Shown here: positions 21,801 through 29,376 of the stretch, in pieces | Numbering within the stretch: position 1 is the first letter of the stretch | How the letters are laid out: every line of letters starts with the position of its first letter | Assembly (NCBI GenBank): GCA_029062165.1 | Contig: JAIDQQ010000041.1 | Coordinates: forward strand, 4,034 to 68,033 | Length of the DNA: 64,000 nt | Source: Ruminococcus sp. | GTDB taxonomy: Bacteria; Bacillota; Clostridia; Oscillospirales; Ruminococcaceae | Reading direction: 5' to 3' | Translations under genes and position numbers: made by a program | Notes under the pieces: generated by a model | Seen by the model: only the letters and a program-made list of their open reading frames with translations | Databases searched by the model: none | What the model was told of the DNA's origin: nothing

Positions 21801-21901
21801 CCTGACACATTCGATAAGCTTCCCATCATAGCTAATGTTGATACTAAAGCAAGTGCTTTCTTCAGGTAACGTTTTCTCATTGAACCTTTCATAATATTCA
21901 T
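15878..21901 (-). CDS. Giant secreted M60-like (enhancin-type) zinc metallopeptidase with dockerin, FN3 and discoidin/CBM32-like modules
   Basis: HEIGHCLNDSSYAVPEITNNYF fits the M60 HExxH...E/NN signature. A dockerin duplicated Ca-loop is present (DVNDDGSLDERD and DLNHDGKIDLTD). There is an FN3-like segment (PDKPDNVRAV...YKIYYKD). The signal peptide begins at MNIMKGSMRKRYLKKALALV. The track's start at 22123 was rejected; the start is ATG 21901 or 21892. Confidence 0.85.
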   Translation of the reverse strand: MNIMKGSMRKRYLKKALALVSTLAMMGSLSNVSGASEILSYNVISASAEGEGNNGNGNNGGTPDGEEETKKPELTEEEIAKQKREEEIKRLREATLAKADIMAKAGYTTINLQITNYLEFKDDFNCTVKIYNVDDPEQKPIELQRKVIESTEDGKETEKYETVKNDTVPISKKSNTSVYLRTPSNLQNGKYRIEVNAPGLKKYSQETEELKDSTCNAIVNLGFNENIYTYETTTKEVNGKTVAVPENHPGTLAVGDVNDDGSLDERDLNIMLSDLDASARNGKEKSDNDSDLNHDGKIDLTDFTFFAKNYLKTRNWSTDATVMETVVAENLSETAMNSIEELLPDDVEITGDISALFSSDNSSVENENSGDGEEAPPPNMIQIGRYKTVTDENGNEEKVPVAPSIDDPLDIPIPLGNTPLEKFTIPANIDSGSVEIVLADNTIISQTIAPEGTYPMGEDEKNGNFANVSMSANVDESGNLSVNLGKQVAVKMITLTLTAVKSTSLAQIGKVQMLNGMEKHMAPPAIDYPTNVKIAQDMGVADKDAKITVTWDIPLNVEKRFEIEVSTSPNTKSDGSFASTIPGVQNSIVYDTNTYSLQSEHGNFKLIKINTTYYVHVRVVGEDYRSAWSEVQKVTTVSNSLPDKPDNVRAVADYRQIKLTWNGDNTNSTTGYKIYYKDLTNEETEYTEYISPYGAQTSCTLTDLEDRHEYEIYVKSTNRKGDSGESVHTQAKTTTLDPIIMRQYNAINVDENNNPGSSHIVSVTRLGGNIIGNNTKDANNAKAIEAGTTNDMTAWSVVDGDQETYYTHKGWSDAGLIFEFDKEYDISSFALTIPVKADVCYVYADVWNEETEQWERAVSGYFSDGKLKDKNNKIYYLRSFPHFKAKKVKIWFDNWREAGNNEVTYSEILFYEYNPVYDEIMALYEDDLHTVLKDGITQKDIDELRTKINEPDPRNGELNPERTMLENELKTAEKILKEGKMPPPVVVHNGITTNDPIEAGTSRRYNGLNAWQPLGVTAGSNTKITVYVGGKNSYGNIMKTGEGTNIKLIATQYNSESGGLTLLNAQNLNIGANTFTIPTPQLASAEGGGALYVQYQNTTTSKEQYSVRVNGGTEVPFLDIYQMNDHDKKVAKAVEYIEALDAYVAKMPELHNEIHKGAKDANNQKNSYLDMDYNEQLCILGATDILDDTMMYSLPATQILAGLGNGSTTDRAEKLINSMDAMEKMVKFFYQHKGMSDDATAVVDRIPNQHLNIRYQRMFQGAFMYAAGNHIGIQYGSVPDMVRCEGVRADENGKYQSGSYFGWGIAHEIGHCLNDSSYAVPEITNNYFSMLAQAQDKNEGSRLNYTNIYKKVTSNTSGQADQGTQLGMYWQLHLAFDKDYNFKTYGTHKEIIDNLFYAKMDQYSRNPSKANNVKKETDLKLNLELNDGTDQNLMRLACAASGKNVLEFFRRWGKTPNFTTELYASQFPDETRAIQYANENSRIIAKNGSAKSFLKEDKTTDTIINSVGIETGKGSKSNIVTLTINTNSNYSDSDILGYEIRRCTISGGDIKETPVTFLQGKKTYVDTVTAFNNRTVFYKVVAVDQYLNYSNTVETIRTKIEHDGSLAKTNWTITSDYYEETSDNSTEPSEYFNSKITKNEPNDETMDCHPVKVDPVINAFDDNVGTYFEATVKGEPNIYVNFNEPQTICGIKLSTPEQFKDSAIKKCAVFVKDEEGNWKNILEENAESEKAEEKTFVTFNEDGIIYFSKPSSNYIATFETSEIKIQILDKNDEKIYISEFDVLGVTGDNVYFTKSTDSEKEDATLFGQLANDYLLDKENNIFIPKDSYVFIGNYKGNPSYNAVILFNEKGRVVGQPPEQDFTGLTEEEVRAALEEANKTKVQVHQVLMAPPVPEGSLITEISKGTFIYWITPEEAEKMEWPEKVRVELYRVNNALTSEGQRIVSDSLLEPVPKKNEMPRITLSDDNQNPGEIVGGSDNGTTDTEKGAEENPDKETSNPKEPSDGSDE

Positions 21902-22190
21902 CCTTTCTGAATAAGGCAACTTATTATTAAATACTGAAAATGAAATCAATAAGCTTGCCAGATAAAATTTCTTTACCGGAGATACCATATTGTTTTTCGC
22001 TCCGTCTGTGTTGATTATATTATACGCTATCTGAAAAAAAAAATCAATACTTTTTTTCAATTTCAGCTGATTTGTACAGTAAATTGTCTTGTTTTTATAT
22101 AAATCCGTTAAAAAACAGGGCAAAAAAAAGCGGGAATATCATATGAAATCACTGCCGTAGAGACAGGCGAATATCTTTCAACAAAGTATA

Positions 22191-22223
22191 TATAAAAATA
22201 CCTGTATACTGAAATATACAGGT
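22191..22223 (-). terminator. Rho-independent terminator ending the XRE-associated cassette
   Basis: Perfect 9-bp stem ACCTGTATA/TATACAGGT with a 6-nt loop, followed on the minus strand by ATTTTTAT. Confidence 0.6.
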
Positions 22224-22232
22224 AAATATGAT

Positions 22233-22763
22233 TCATTCAAGATATTTTGTCTGACCGGACGATATTCTGCCGGAAATATTCTGACCGGTAGTATTATTCA
22301 TATACTGAAGCATAAACTCTGAACGTATCTGTGACATTTCTGTATGGGTTTTCATAATATCAATAAGTCCGGAGAAGTCTTTAGTTTCACGTGCGATTTC
22401 CGTTGCCGTTCTGACAGCATCAAGAGCAGTTTCCAGTTCACGTATCATAATATTATAGTAGTTCTTGACGTGTAACATTTTAAGTTCATGTTCCTGATTC
22501 ATCTGTGTAAGAATGATTTCTTTTTTCGTCTGAATTTCCGCAAGTCCGAGTTTAAGACGTGCTTTTATTTCAGAACGTTTTGTTTCTTCCTGCTGTTTAC
22601 AGATATTATATTCCTTTACGGAGTTAGTTATATTATTGAAAACTCCACAGATATTTGAAACTGCTATAGAAATCGGGTCAGTACAGATATTAATGTTTTT
22701 GTCAGCGGTCTTAGATTTGTCATTGCAATCAGTCCATTCAACGTCAATGTATTCGTTTTCCAT
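22233..22763 (-). CDS. Hypothetical coiled-coil protein (176 aa)
   Basis: ATG at 22763 with GGTGA 5 nt upstream, 10 nt after the stop of the preceding gene. The protein is helical and charged, with no motif I recognise. Confidence 0.45.
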   Translation of the reverse strand: MENEYIDVEWTDCNDKSKTADKNINICTDPISIAVSNICGVFNNITNSVKEYNICKQQEETKRSEIKARLKLGLAEIQTKKEIILTQMNQEHELKMLHVKNYYNIMIRELETALDAVRTATEIARETKDFSGLIDIMKTHTEMSQIRSEFMLQYMNNTTGQNISGRISSGQTKYLE

Positions 22764-22773
22764 AATTTTCACC

Positions 22774-23106
22774 TTATCTTCCGAACAGTTGTTTAACATA
22801 TGATTTATAGAATTTCGGGTATGTGTCTTTCATAGCGTTGACGGTCTGCAAGGCACATTCAGCAAGCGGAACATTGGCTTCCTGAATTGCAAGGTCAAGA
22901 ATTTCCATAGCATTCTGAAATATCATGTCATTTGCTTCACGGAATATATTAAGATATAAATAAGCGAGTTCCCTGTTTTGTCTTAGATAATTCCGGTATA
23001 ACTCCGCCTGTACGCAATACGCCTCGCATATAAAAATATTCTGAACACTTTCCAGTACGCTTTTACCACTGGAAACGGTATTCTGCTGAATTAACTGAAA
23101 GTCCAT
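22774..23106 (-). CDS. Hypothetical helical protein (110 aa)
   Basis: ATG at 23106 lies 4 nt after the upstream stop, with GGGGTGA as RBS. No recognised motif. Confidence 0.45.
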   Translation of the reverse strand: MDFQLIQQNTVSSGKSVLESVQNIFICEAYCVQAELYRNYLRQNRELAYLYLNIFREANDMIFQNAMEILDLAIQEANVPLAECALQTVNAMKDTYPKFYKSYVKQLFGR

Positions 23107-23110
23107 AACA

Positions 23111-23860
23111 TCACCCCATAAGCCATAAAGCACCGGCGAGTGATTCATTAGTCATAGCGATATGACGGTGAATATCCTGATACTGTTCTGTTATCTGATA
23201 CTGATTGTCAATGAACTTTGTAGTAAGAGAATCGGCAATCAGTTTTGCAATCTGCTGAAGACTTTCTATGCGTTCTTCGGTATTGCTCTGACTTATATTT
23301 TCAGCAGTTTTGCGGAATTTGTCCATAAGCTGTTCAATCTGATTTTTTTCGTCGCTTATGAAATTAGGAATTTCCTGTACAGCATACTTAGCTTGTTTTA
23401 ATTCGTCACGCTTTGCCCTCATCTGATACTTGAACATTTTCGCCTGTTGCATATTCTGTTTGGCTTCATAGTATTCTTCTGAAGATACATTATGAAACAG
23501 GTCTGAAATAGACGGTACAACCCATGTAGCTAAAGCACGGTCAACACAATCAAGCTGTTCGTTCTGTGTGACGGCACAGGTTTCCAGATTAATGAAATCT
23601 ACTTTCAATGAAAGTTTCAGGTCACTGTGCTGTGAATCAATAGTCTTGAGAGTATTATTTATTTCGTTTAAAACTTTCTGCTTCCAGCGTACAAAATCCT
23701 GCATTTTGTATTCGACTTTTGAACACGCATATGCAAGATTGCCATAGGCTTCCTCGTAGACACGCTGACCTTCGCTTATATACTCACGTGCCTGATAGTT
23801 CCATTCTGCAATTTTCTGACGCTTTTCGTAATTATCCTTAGCCTTGTCAAATAATCCCAT
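23111..23860 (-). CDS. Hypothetical helical protein (249 aa)
   Basis: The ORF begins MGLFDKAKDNYEK and is predicted mostly helical or coiled coil. First of three tightly coupled genes. Confidence 0.5.
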   Translation of the reverse strand: MGLFDKAKDNYEKRQKIAEWNYQAREYISEGQRVYEEAYGNLAYACSKVEYKMQDFVRWKQKVLNEINNTLKTIDSQHSDLKLSLKVDFINLETCAVTQNEQLDCVDRALATWVVPSISDLFHNVSSEEYYEAKQNMQQAKMFKYQMRAKRDELKQAKYAVQEIPNFISDEKNQIEQLMDKFRKTAENISQSNTEERIESLQQIAKLIADSLTTKFIDNQYQITEQYQDIHRHIAMTNESLAGALWLMG

Positions 23861-24002
23861 AATTAATTAACCCTCCGAAAAATATGGACAGGCGAGTGAA
23901 ACAATGTCAACAACTTTCTTTTTTCTGCCTGAAAGTGTCGTTGCCGTCCACTCTTCTGCCTGTCTTGTTGCACCTTTATATAGATGGTGCTAATCTTTTG
24001 TT

Positions 24003-24266
24003 TTAGTCCTCAACGAAACTTGAACATACATAACTTCCGGGGCTTGAAATCTTCTTGCTGTGATAAGTACATTTTCCGCCGGAAATCAGACCTGAATTGA
24101 AGTAAGTACAGTTATAGCAACAGTCGCTGGAATCTTCCTTGAAATAAGCACAGGCAGGTCTGTCAAAATCAACATCAATGTTCTGTTTGTTGCAGTGTTC
24201 GGAATTTTGCCATGCCCAGCCGTTAGCAGTACCGCAATAAACGCAATCGCCACAGGTTTTTCCCAT
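24003..24266 (-). CDS. Small Cys-rich protein (87 aa, 11 Cys)
   Basis: ATG at 24266 with AGGAG 9 nt upstream. Cys motifs are CGDCVYC, C..C, CC.NC and C. A consensus promoter lies immediately upstream. Confidence 0.5.
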   Translation of the reverse strand: MGKTCGDCVYCGTANGWAWQNSEHCNKQNIDVDFDRPACAYFKEDSSDCCYNCTYFNSGLISGGKCTYHSKKISSPGSYVCSSFVED

Positions 24267-24327
24267 AATTAACATCTCCTTTCCATGTTATAATACTGTA
24301 ATTCTGAAGCGGATAACTTCCTGATTT

Positions 24328-24356
24328 ATTATATCACGATAAATATTATCTGTCAA
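24328..24356 (-). promoter_or_regulatory. Consensus promoter for the Cys-rich gene and downstream cassette
   Basis: On the minus strand, TTGACA (24356-24351), a 17-nt spacer, then TATAAT (24333-24328). Confidence 0.6.
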
Positions 24357-24369
24357 TACTTTAAAGTAT
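24356..24369. promoter_or_regulatory. Perfect 14-nt palindrome ATACTTTAAAGTAT abutting the -35; candidate XRE operator
   Basis: The sequence is its own reverse complement. It touches the TTGACA box and has the same half-sites as the 24853-24866 site. Confidence 0.45.
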
Positions 24370-24437
24370 TTTTTGTGACATATTACAGAAAGCAGGATTA
24401 TTTTTCAGCTTTTTGACTAAACATCAGGAACAATAAA

Positions 24438-24770
24438 TTATTCTGTTATGTCAGTAATCTTCATGACTATTTCCGCCACTGCCTTGAGTTTGTCGTCCGG
24501 AAGACGCTTTATACAGCTGAAAATCATATCAGTATAGAATTTTCTGCTTTCCGTATCTTCGGTGTTTATGCGGTCGTCAAAAAATTCGCTGTAACTCAAC
24601 CCGAGAGCTTCAACAATCTTGTCAAGAGTAGTTATAGTAGGACTTTTCAGCCCACGCTCAAGATGTCCGAGGAATGCCGGATTGATACCGGCAATCAATG
24701 CAAGTTTTTCCTGACTCATTCCGCACTGTAAGCGGTAGTAACGTATTCTTTCGCCGACTTTATTATTCAT
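24438..24770 (-). CDS. XRE/Cro-CI family helix-turn-helix transcriptional regulator
   Basis: The N-terminal HTH_3 pattern is IRYYRLQCGMSQEKLALIAGINPAFLGHLERGLKSPTITTLDKIVEAL. AGGAGG RBS. Confidence 0.85.
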   Translation of the reverse strand: MNNKVGERIRYYRLQCGMSQEKLALIAGINPAFLGHLERGLKSPTITTLDKIVEALGLSYSEFFDDRINTEDTESRKFYTDMIFSCIKRLPDDKLKAVAEIVMKITDITE

Positions 24771-24852
24771 AAGAAAATACCTCCTGTATCTTTTAGTATT
24801 ATCTTATGATTTCCGCCTGACAAGTTCAATATGTAAAAGATATTCACATACA

Positions 24853-24866
24853 ATACTTTTCAGTAT
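24853..24866. promoter_or_regulatory. Second ATACT-N4-AGTAT inverted repeat, upstream of the XRE gene
   Basis: ATACTTTTCAGTAT has the same 5-nt half-sites and spacing as the 24356 site. It overlaps the stop of the 80-aa gene. Confidence 0.4.
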
Positions 24867-25102
24867 AAATTTCTTATATCTTCTTCGGGAATATCCGGAT
24901 TAAGTCCGAATAGTCTGTAGAGTTCTGTCAGTAAGTAGCCGTTATGCGTAATATAATCAAGTTTTTCTGCCTTTTCGTGTTCTCCGATACTGTTCAGAAA
25001 TACAGCAAGTTCACCGCTGTAATAGCTGTAAATAAGTTCGTCAATGCTGAAACTGTGCATAAGGTCAGTAAGGCTGTTAAGTTTATTGCCGAGCATCTGC
25101 AT
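24860..25102 (-). CDS. Hypothetical 80-aa protein
   Basis: ORF in the same orientation within the cassette. No recognised motif. Confidence 0.4.
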   Translation of the reverse strand: MQMLGNKLNSLTDLMHSFSIDELIYSYYSGELAVFLNSIGEHEKAEKLDYITHNGYLLTELYRLFGLNPDIPEEDIRNLY

Positions 25103-25235
25103 AAAATTCCTTCCTTTCTGTCGTCAGACTATTACATAAGCTGTAAGTTTTTTCCTTACACGTTTATCATATCATATTCACGTAAAAAATAATAGCCCAA
25201 ACAGTTACCGGATTTTATTTTTTTCCGGAACTGTT

Positions 25236-26426
25236 TTACAGAAAATTTTTATAACCGTCCATCATGATACAGCGGTTTATATCTTCCATGAAGAAAGTAA
25301 GATATAATTCAGCATAATTCAAAGCTGTTTTCCTGTCTCTGCATACCTTCGCACCGCCAGCCATTCTGTACAGTTTTTCGCAGTAGTCCGAAATGTCCGC
25401 ACCGTTCTGAACGTCACGTATCATATCAGTCCATTCAGTTTCATTCAGCAGGATATTATGATATTTTATTTCAAGTACCGGTTGTTTTTTAGCGATATAT
25501 TCAATATTTTTAAGAATGATACTTGTTGTATACCGTTCTGCCATAAGTTCAAGTGTCATGGGAATTTCTTCATTCGGTTCACAGTTTTCGTAGTACCATT
25601 CACTAAGGTTATTGAGATGCGAAAAACAGTAATCGGAAAAACCAATGTCGGATTTGTTCTGATAGCTTCGCTGGAGCTGGTCATATAATTCAATATAAGA
25701 CTGATAAGTATCAAAATTCTTGCCGTTATCAGTTTTTATCCTGTAATCCGTTCTTTTAAAGATATTCGCAAAATTAGGGCTGTAATTTTTTCTGTTAATC
25801 ATAAGATTATGCTTCCGGCTAAGTACAGCATTGTAAACATACGGCTTTATGACTTTCAGTACCGGTATAGCATTTACTTTCCGGACAAGTTCGCCGATAT
25901 TTTCCATAAAGAATTTACTTTTTCTTCCCTTATAAAGAAAACCATGCTCCAGTGACATCTGATACAATAAAAAATGTTCTTCGGGGTCTGTTTCGTCCGA
26001 ATCCGGATTTTCAGAAAATTCTTTCATACTTTCGAGACGTTTTTTATAGATATTCTCATTTCTGATAGCATCAGAAAATTTCCTTGCATTTTCTGACTGT
26101 TTAAGCCAGTAGAATATTTTCTGTTCTTCGTCTTCGGGTTCACCGAATAACAAGCCTTTTTCAGTTGCCATAGCGGTATAGAGGAAAAGTAAATCTTCAT
26201 TCTGATTTTTATGTATAAGCCTGTCGAGTTCTGTGACAATAACGCTTATATTGTCAGTAAGTATTTCGTATTTCCGCAGTAAAGTAAAAAATTTTTCCCT
26301 GAATACGTCAGCCTGCTCCGAAGCACTTTTCATTGTAAGTCCGTATTCCTGAAGAAGTTCTTCCATTGGAATGTAGTTATCTGCTTGTTCGTCAAGCCAG
26401 CGTTGCAATTCTTCATATTCATTCAT
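25236..26426 (-). CDS. Hypothetical 396-aa soluble protein
   Basis: Long ORF with a GGAG-type RBS (AAAGGAGTG). No recognised catalytic motif. Confidence 0.5.
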   Translation of the reverse strand: MNEYEELQRWLDEQADNYIPMEELLQEYGLTMKSASEQADVFREKFFTLLRKYEILTDNISVIVTELDRLIHKNQNEDLLFLYTAMATEKGLLFGEPEDEEQKIFYWLKQSENARKFSDAIRNENIYKKRLESMKEFSENPDSDETDPEEHFLLYQMSLEHGFLYKGRKSKFFMENIGELVRKVNAIPVLKVIKPYVYNAVLSRKHNLMINRKNYSPNFANIFKRTDYRIKTDNGKNFDTYQSYIELYDQLQRSYQNKSDIGFSDYCFSHLNNLSEWYYENCEPNEEIPMTLELMAERYTTSIILKNIEYIAKKQPVLEIKYHNILLNETEWTDMIRDVQNGADISDYCEKLYRMAGGAKVCRDRKTALNYAELYLTFFMEDINRCIMMDGYKNFL

Positions 26427-26524
26427 ACTAAAACACTCCTTTATTTTTATATATTATCACATAATCGCAATTTTGTAAACTAAAAACAATTCCTTTTTAT
26501 GTATTTATTACGGAACTGTTTCAT

Positions 26525-26563
26525 AAAAAAATCCCCGAAACTGTCTGCGGAGATAGTCTCGGG
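26525..26563 (-). terminator. Rho-independent terminator after the ABC transporter operon
   Basis: A 13-bp imperfect stem CCCGAAACTGTCT/AGATAGTCTCGGG with a 4-nt loop. A T7 run follows on the minus strand. Confidence 0.55.
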
Positions 26564-26570
26564 TAAAATA

Positions 26571-27188
26571 TTATTTATCAGATTTTCTTAATATAACGAA
26601 TACCGCTGAAATTATTATGAAAGATATTAAAATCAGTAAATATTTATCGGAAAATTTTTCACCGCTGTACATTGAAAACAGATAGCATATACCTAATTTG
26701 TCTTTAAGTCCGATATTTGAAGCATAATATACCATAGATGCCATATATCCGGCAGAAACACTTTTACTTAATCCGGCAACCGTGAAACCTACCGTCCCCA
26801 TAAAAAGAGACGACGCAAAACTTCCGATAAAATGTTTGTAAGTAACGTCACATTCGTTATGCCTCATGACAAGTACGAATATTCCGGTAATAAGCATGAT
26901 TGCCACTACAGAATATATAACCCTTATAATACATACAGTCAGATAACTGGTTTTCTTTGAGCGTATAACATCACGGATTTCAGGATTCTGTTCCGGAAGA
27001 AATACCGGCGTAAGTATAATCGTACCGATAAACGACAGTAACATTTCAAGGGGTTGTGCAGACGCTCTTGAATCAAGTGCGTTGATACTGAATACAACCG
27101 GCGTCAGAAATGCCACCGCTATCGCCAGTATAAAGTGTATCAGAAAATTATGTTTTAGATTTACCGATAATATTTTTCCGAATGACAT
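26571..27188 (-). CDS. Polytopic membrane protein, probable second permease subunit of the ABC transporter
   Basis: Six predicted hydrophobic helices. GGGTGG RBS. It overlaps the upstream permease gene by 41 nt. Confidence 0.5.
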   Translation of the reverse strand: MSFGKILSVNLKHNFLIHFILAIAVAFLTPVVFSINALDSRASAQPLEMLLSFIGTIILTPVFLPEQNPEIRDVIRSKKTSYLTVCIIRVIYSVVAIMLITGIFVLVMRHNECDVTYKHFIGSFASSLFMGTVGFTVAGLSKSVSAGYMASMVYYASNIGLKDKLGICYLFSMYSGEKFSDKYLLILISFIIISAVFVILRKSDK

Positions 27189-28404
27189 TTAATCCACCCT
27201 TTCTTTTTTCGGAGTAAGCCCATATTGTCAACGCTATAATCGCAAGGGCAAAGACAGTATAGAAAATTCTGCTGAATACAAAATTATTCATATTTGATAT
27301 AAAGACATCTCTTTGATACAGCGAATTATGACGGCATACAAGTGTGAATTGTCTGATACCTCCGGTGAGTTCAATATCACACATTACGCTTGCAAACCAC
27401 ATAACACCTTGTGCGAATACCGCTATTAACTGTGATGTCATTTCAGTAACCGCCATTCCGAGAGCCGTCGAAAAAAGAATATTCGGTAACAACCAGTATA
27501 CTGACATCTTCGGTATCGCAAGGAAGTCTGTATCATATTCCGGATAAAGTCCCGAAACTTTATAAGATGCGATAAATGCAAGTATCATGACCGGTACGAA
27601 CATAAGCGTTATAAGTGCGAAAAATCTTGTAAGTACCAGTTTCGAGGACGATATTTTTCTTGAGTAAATAAGATGTTCCATACGTGATTTTTTATCGGCA
27701 TTGGCGAGGCTTGCCGAAAGAAATACAGGTAGTACAGCTACAATAATTCCGATATAGTCACAGAAAAGTCGGGCGTATGCACCAGTAATCTTATCTTTGT
27801 CGATAATCGCATTGTATTCCGCTAAAGCGTCTTCGTAAGTTTTCGGTACTTGCGAAAAAGTACCTACAATATAGTTATCTGAATAATCCGAACCACCACC
27901 GATAATTTTATCGGCTTTCCGCATGAGTTCACGGAAATGTTCGTAAGTCATAGTATCGGGGATATTTATTTCCGGTAAATTTGCCGACTGCATGACCGGT
28001 ACAAAACCACCATTACCATCAGGTTGCATGACCATAGCACCCTCACTGAAATCTGAAAAATTATCGAGTTCCTGTTTTGTGATACCGGATATTTCAGTAA
28101 TTATTTCCGCAATCTGTGCGGATTTTTTTTCTGAAAGTTTAACCTCTTTATAGAATCCGATAGGATAGGCTTTATAATATCCACGGAGATACTCCTTTAC
28201 CAGACCTTTCGTAGCTTCCGGCATAAGAATTTCCGGTACTTCCTTTGCAATCGTTCCATAGTCGGCGAGATTCGGAGCAGGTTTTTCAATTTTTCTGTCT
28301 GCATCCGGACAGAATTGTGTAAAATTGAAACCTACTACAGCGACGATATATATAATAAACGTCAGCGAAAACAGAATTTTTTTGCACTCCTTGAAAAACA
28401 ACAT
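27148..28404 (-). CDS. ABC-2-type transporter permease with a large extracytoplasmic loop
   Basis: An N-terminal TM helix, a roughly 190-aa loop, then a cluster of five TM helices. ATG at 28404 forms a TAATG overlap with the ATPase stop and has GGAGGTG upstream. Confidence 0.6.
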   Translation of the reverse strand: MLFFKECKKILFSLTFIIYIVAVVGFNFTQFCPDADRKIEKPAPNLADYGTIAKEVPEILMPEATKGLVKEYLRGYYKAYPIGFYKEVKLSEKKSAQIAEIITEISGITKQELDNFSDFSEGAMVMQPDGNGGFVPVMQSANLPEINIPDTMTYEHFRELMRKADKIIGGGSDYSDNYIVGTFSQVPKTYEDALAEYNAIIDKDKITGAYARLFCDYIGIIVAVLPVFLSASLANADKKSRMEHLIYSRKISSSKLVLTRFFALITLMFVPVMILAFIASYKVSGLYPEYDTDFLAIPKMSVYWLLPNILFSTALGMAVTEMTSQLIAVFAQGVMWFASVMCDIELTGGIRQFTLVCRHNSLYQRDVFISNMNNFVFSRIFYTVFALAIIALTIWAYSEKRKGGLNVIRKNIIGKSKT

Positions 28405-29297
28405 TATTCCACACCTCCGTAAACGTCGCAACCGTTCTTATAGAGACAGTACATATAAGCGTCTTCGCAGTTAGGCTCGTCGGGAACGGCGTTCTGTAAA
28501 TCGGGTACGGTATCGGAAATTATACGTACTGTATTATATTCCCCTTGTATCAGCATTCCGGTTACGATATAATTTTTCTTAATCTGCGTGAGATATTTTT
28601 TCTGTATGCTGACTGTAAAAACTTTTCCCCTTGCATTGTCAATGAGTTTCGTTACAGTACCTTGCCATAGTATTCTGCCGTCGTTCATAATGGCTATATC
28701 TTCGCAGGAAGCCTCAATATCGCCGACAATATGTGTAGAAAGTATTACAATACGTTCTTCGGAAGCGTCAGTAAGCAGATTCCGGAAGCGTATACGTTCT
28801 TCGGGGTCAAGTCCGGCAGTGGGTTCGTCGACTATAAGTACTTTCGGGTCATGAAGTAATGCCTGTGCGATACCTAACCGGCGTTTCATACCGCCCGAAA
28901 GTGCCTTGACTTTTTTGTGTCGGTGTTCCGTGAGATTTACTTTCTTAAGAAGTATTTCAATCTGTTTCTGCCGTTCAGACTTCGGCATACCCGAAAGCGT
29001 ACCGAGATAGTCGAGAGCCTCATATACGTTCATGTTAGGGTACATGGAGAAGTCCTGCGGAAGATAACCCGTTATACTACGGATTTCCTTAGTGTTTTCA
29101 ATCGGTATTCCGCAGACAGTTATATTACCGCTTTTTTTCTGATGCAGTCCGGCGAGGGTTTTCATGAGAGTAGTTTTACCTGCTCCGTTACGTCCGAGAA
29201 GTCCGAACATTCCCTGATTGATAGTCAGATTGATGTCTTTAAGAGCGTGTTTCTTACCGTAGAACTTATTGACATTCTGAATTTCGATTTTTTTCAT
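28404..29297 (-). CDS. ABC transporter ATP-binding protein
   Basis: Walker A GRNGAGKTT, Q-loop, signature LSGGMKRRL, Walker B LIVDEPTAGLD and an H-loop. Confidence 0.9.
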   Translation of the reverse strand: MKKIEIQNVNKFYGKKHALKDINLTINQGMFGLLGRNGAGKTTLMKTLAGLHQKKSGNITVCGIPIENTKEIRSITGYLPQDFSMYPNMNVYEALDYLGTLSGMPKSERQKQIEILLKKVNLTEHRHKKVKALSGGMKRRLGIAQALLHDPKVLIVDEPTAGLDPEERIRFRNLLTDASEERIVILSTHIVGDIEASCEDIAIMNDGRILWQGTVTKLIDNARGKVFTVSIQKKYLTQIKKNYIVTGMLIQGEYNTVRIISDTVPDLQNAVPDEPNCEDAYMYCLYKNGCDVYGGVE

Positions 29298-29376
29298 AAG
29301 AAAAAATCAGTCCTTTCATAAAAAATAGCATGGAAACTCTTCCATGCTTTTATTATAAAATGTAATTATCAACTTT

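Noticed and set aside
21902-22123. N-terminal extension of the M60-like ORF to 22123
   Set aside because: The extension has no signal peptide and runs through poly-A/T tracts of promoter-like DNA. A typical signal peptide begins at MNIMKGSMRKRYLKK (ATG 21901 or 21892).
25225-26522. 11-mer CGGAACTGTTT present at both about 25226 and about 26512
   Set aside because: It is too short to distinguish from chance in 64 kb. Both copies lie in terminator-like or intergenic DNA, and no longer flanking similarity exists.
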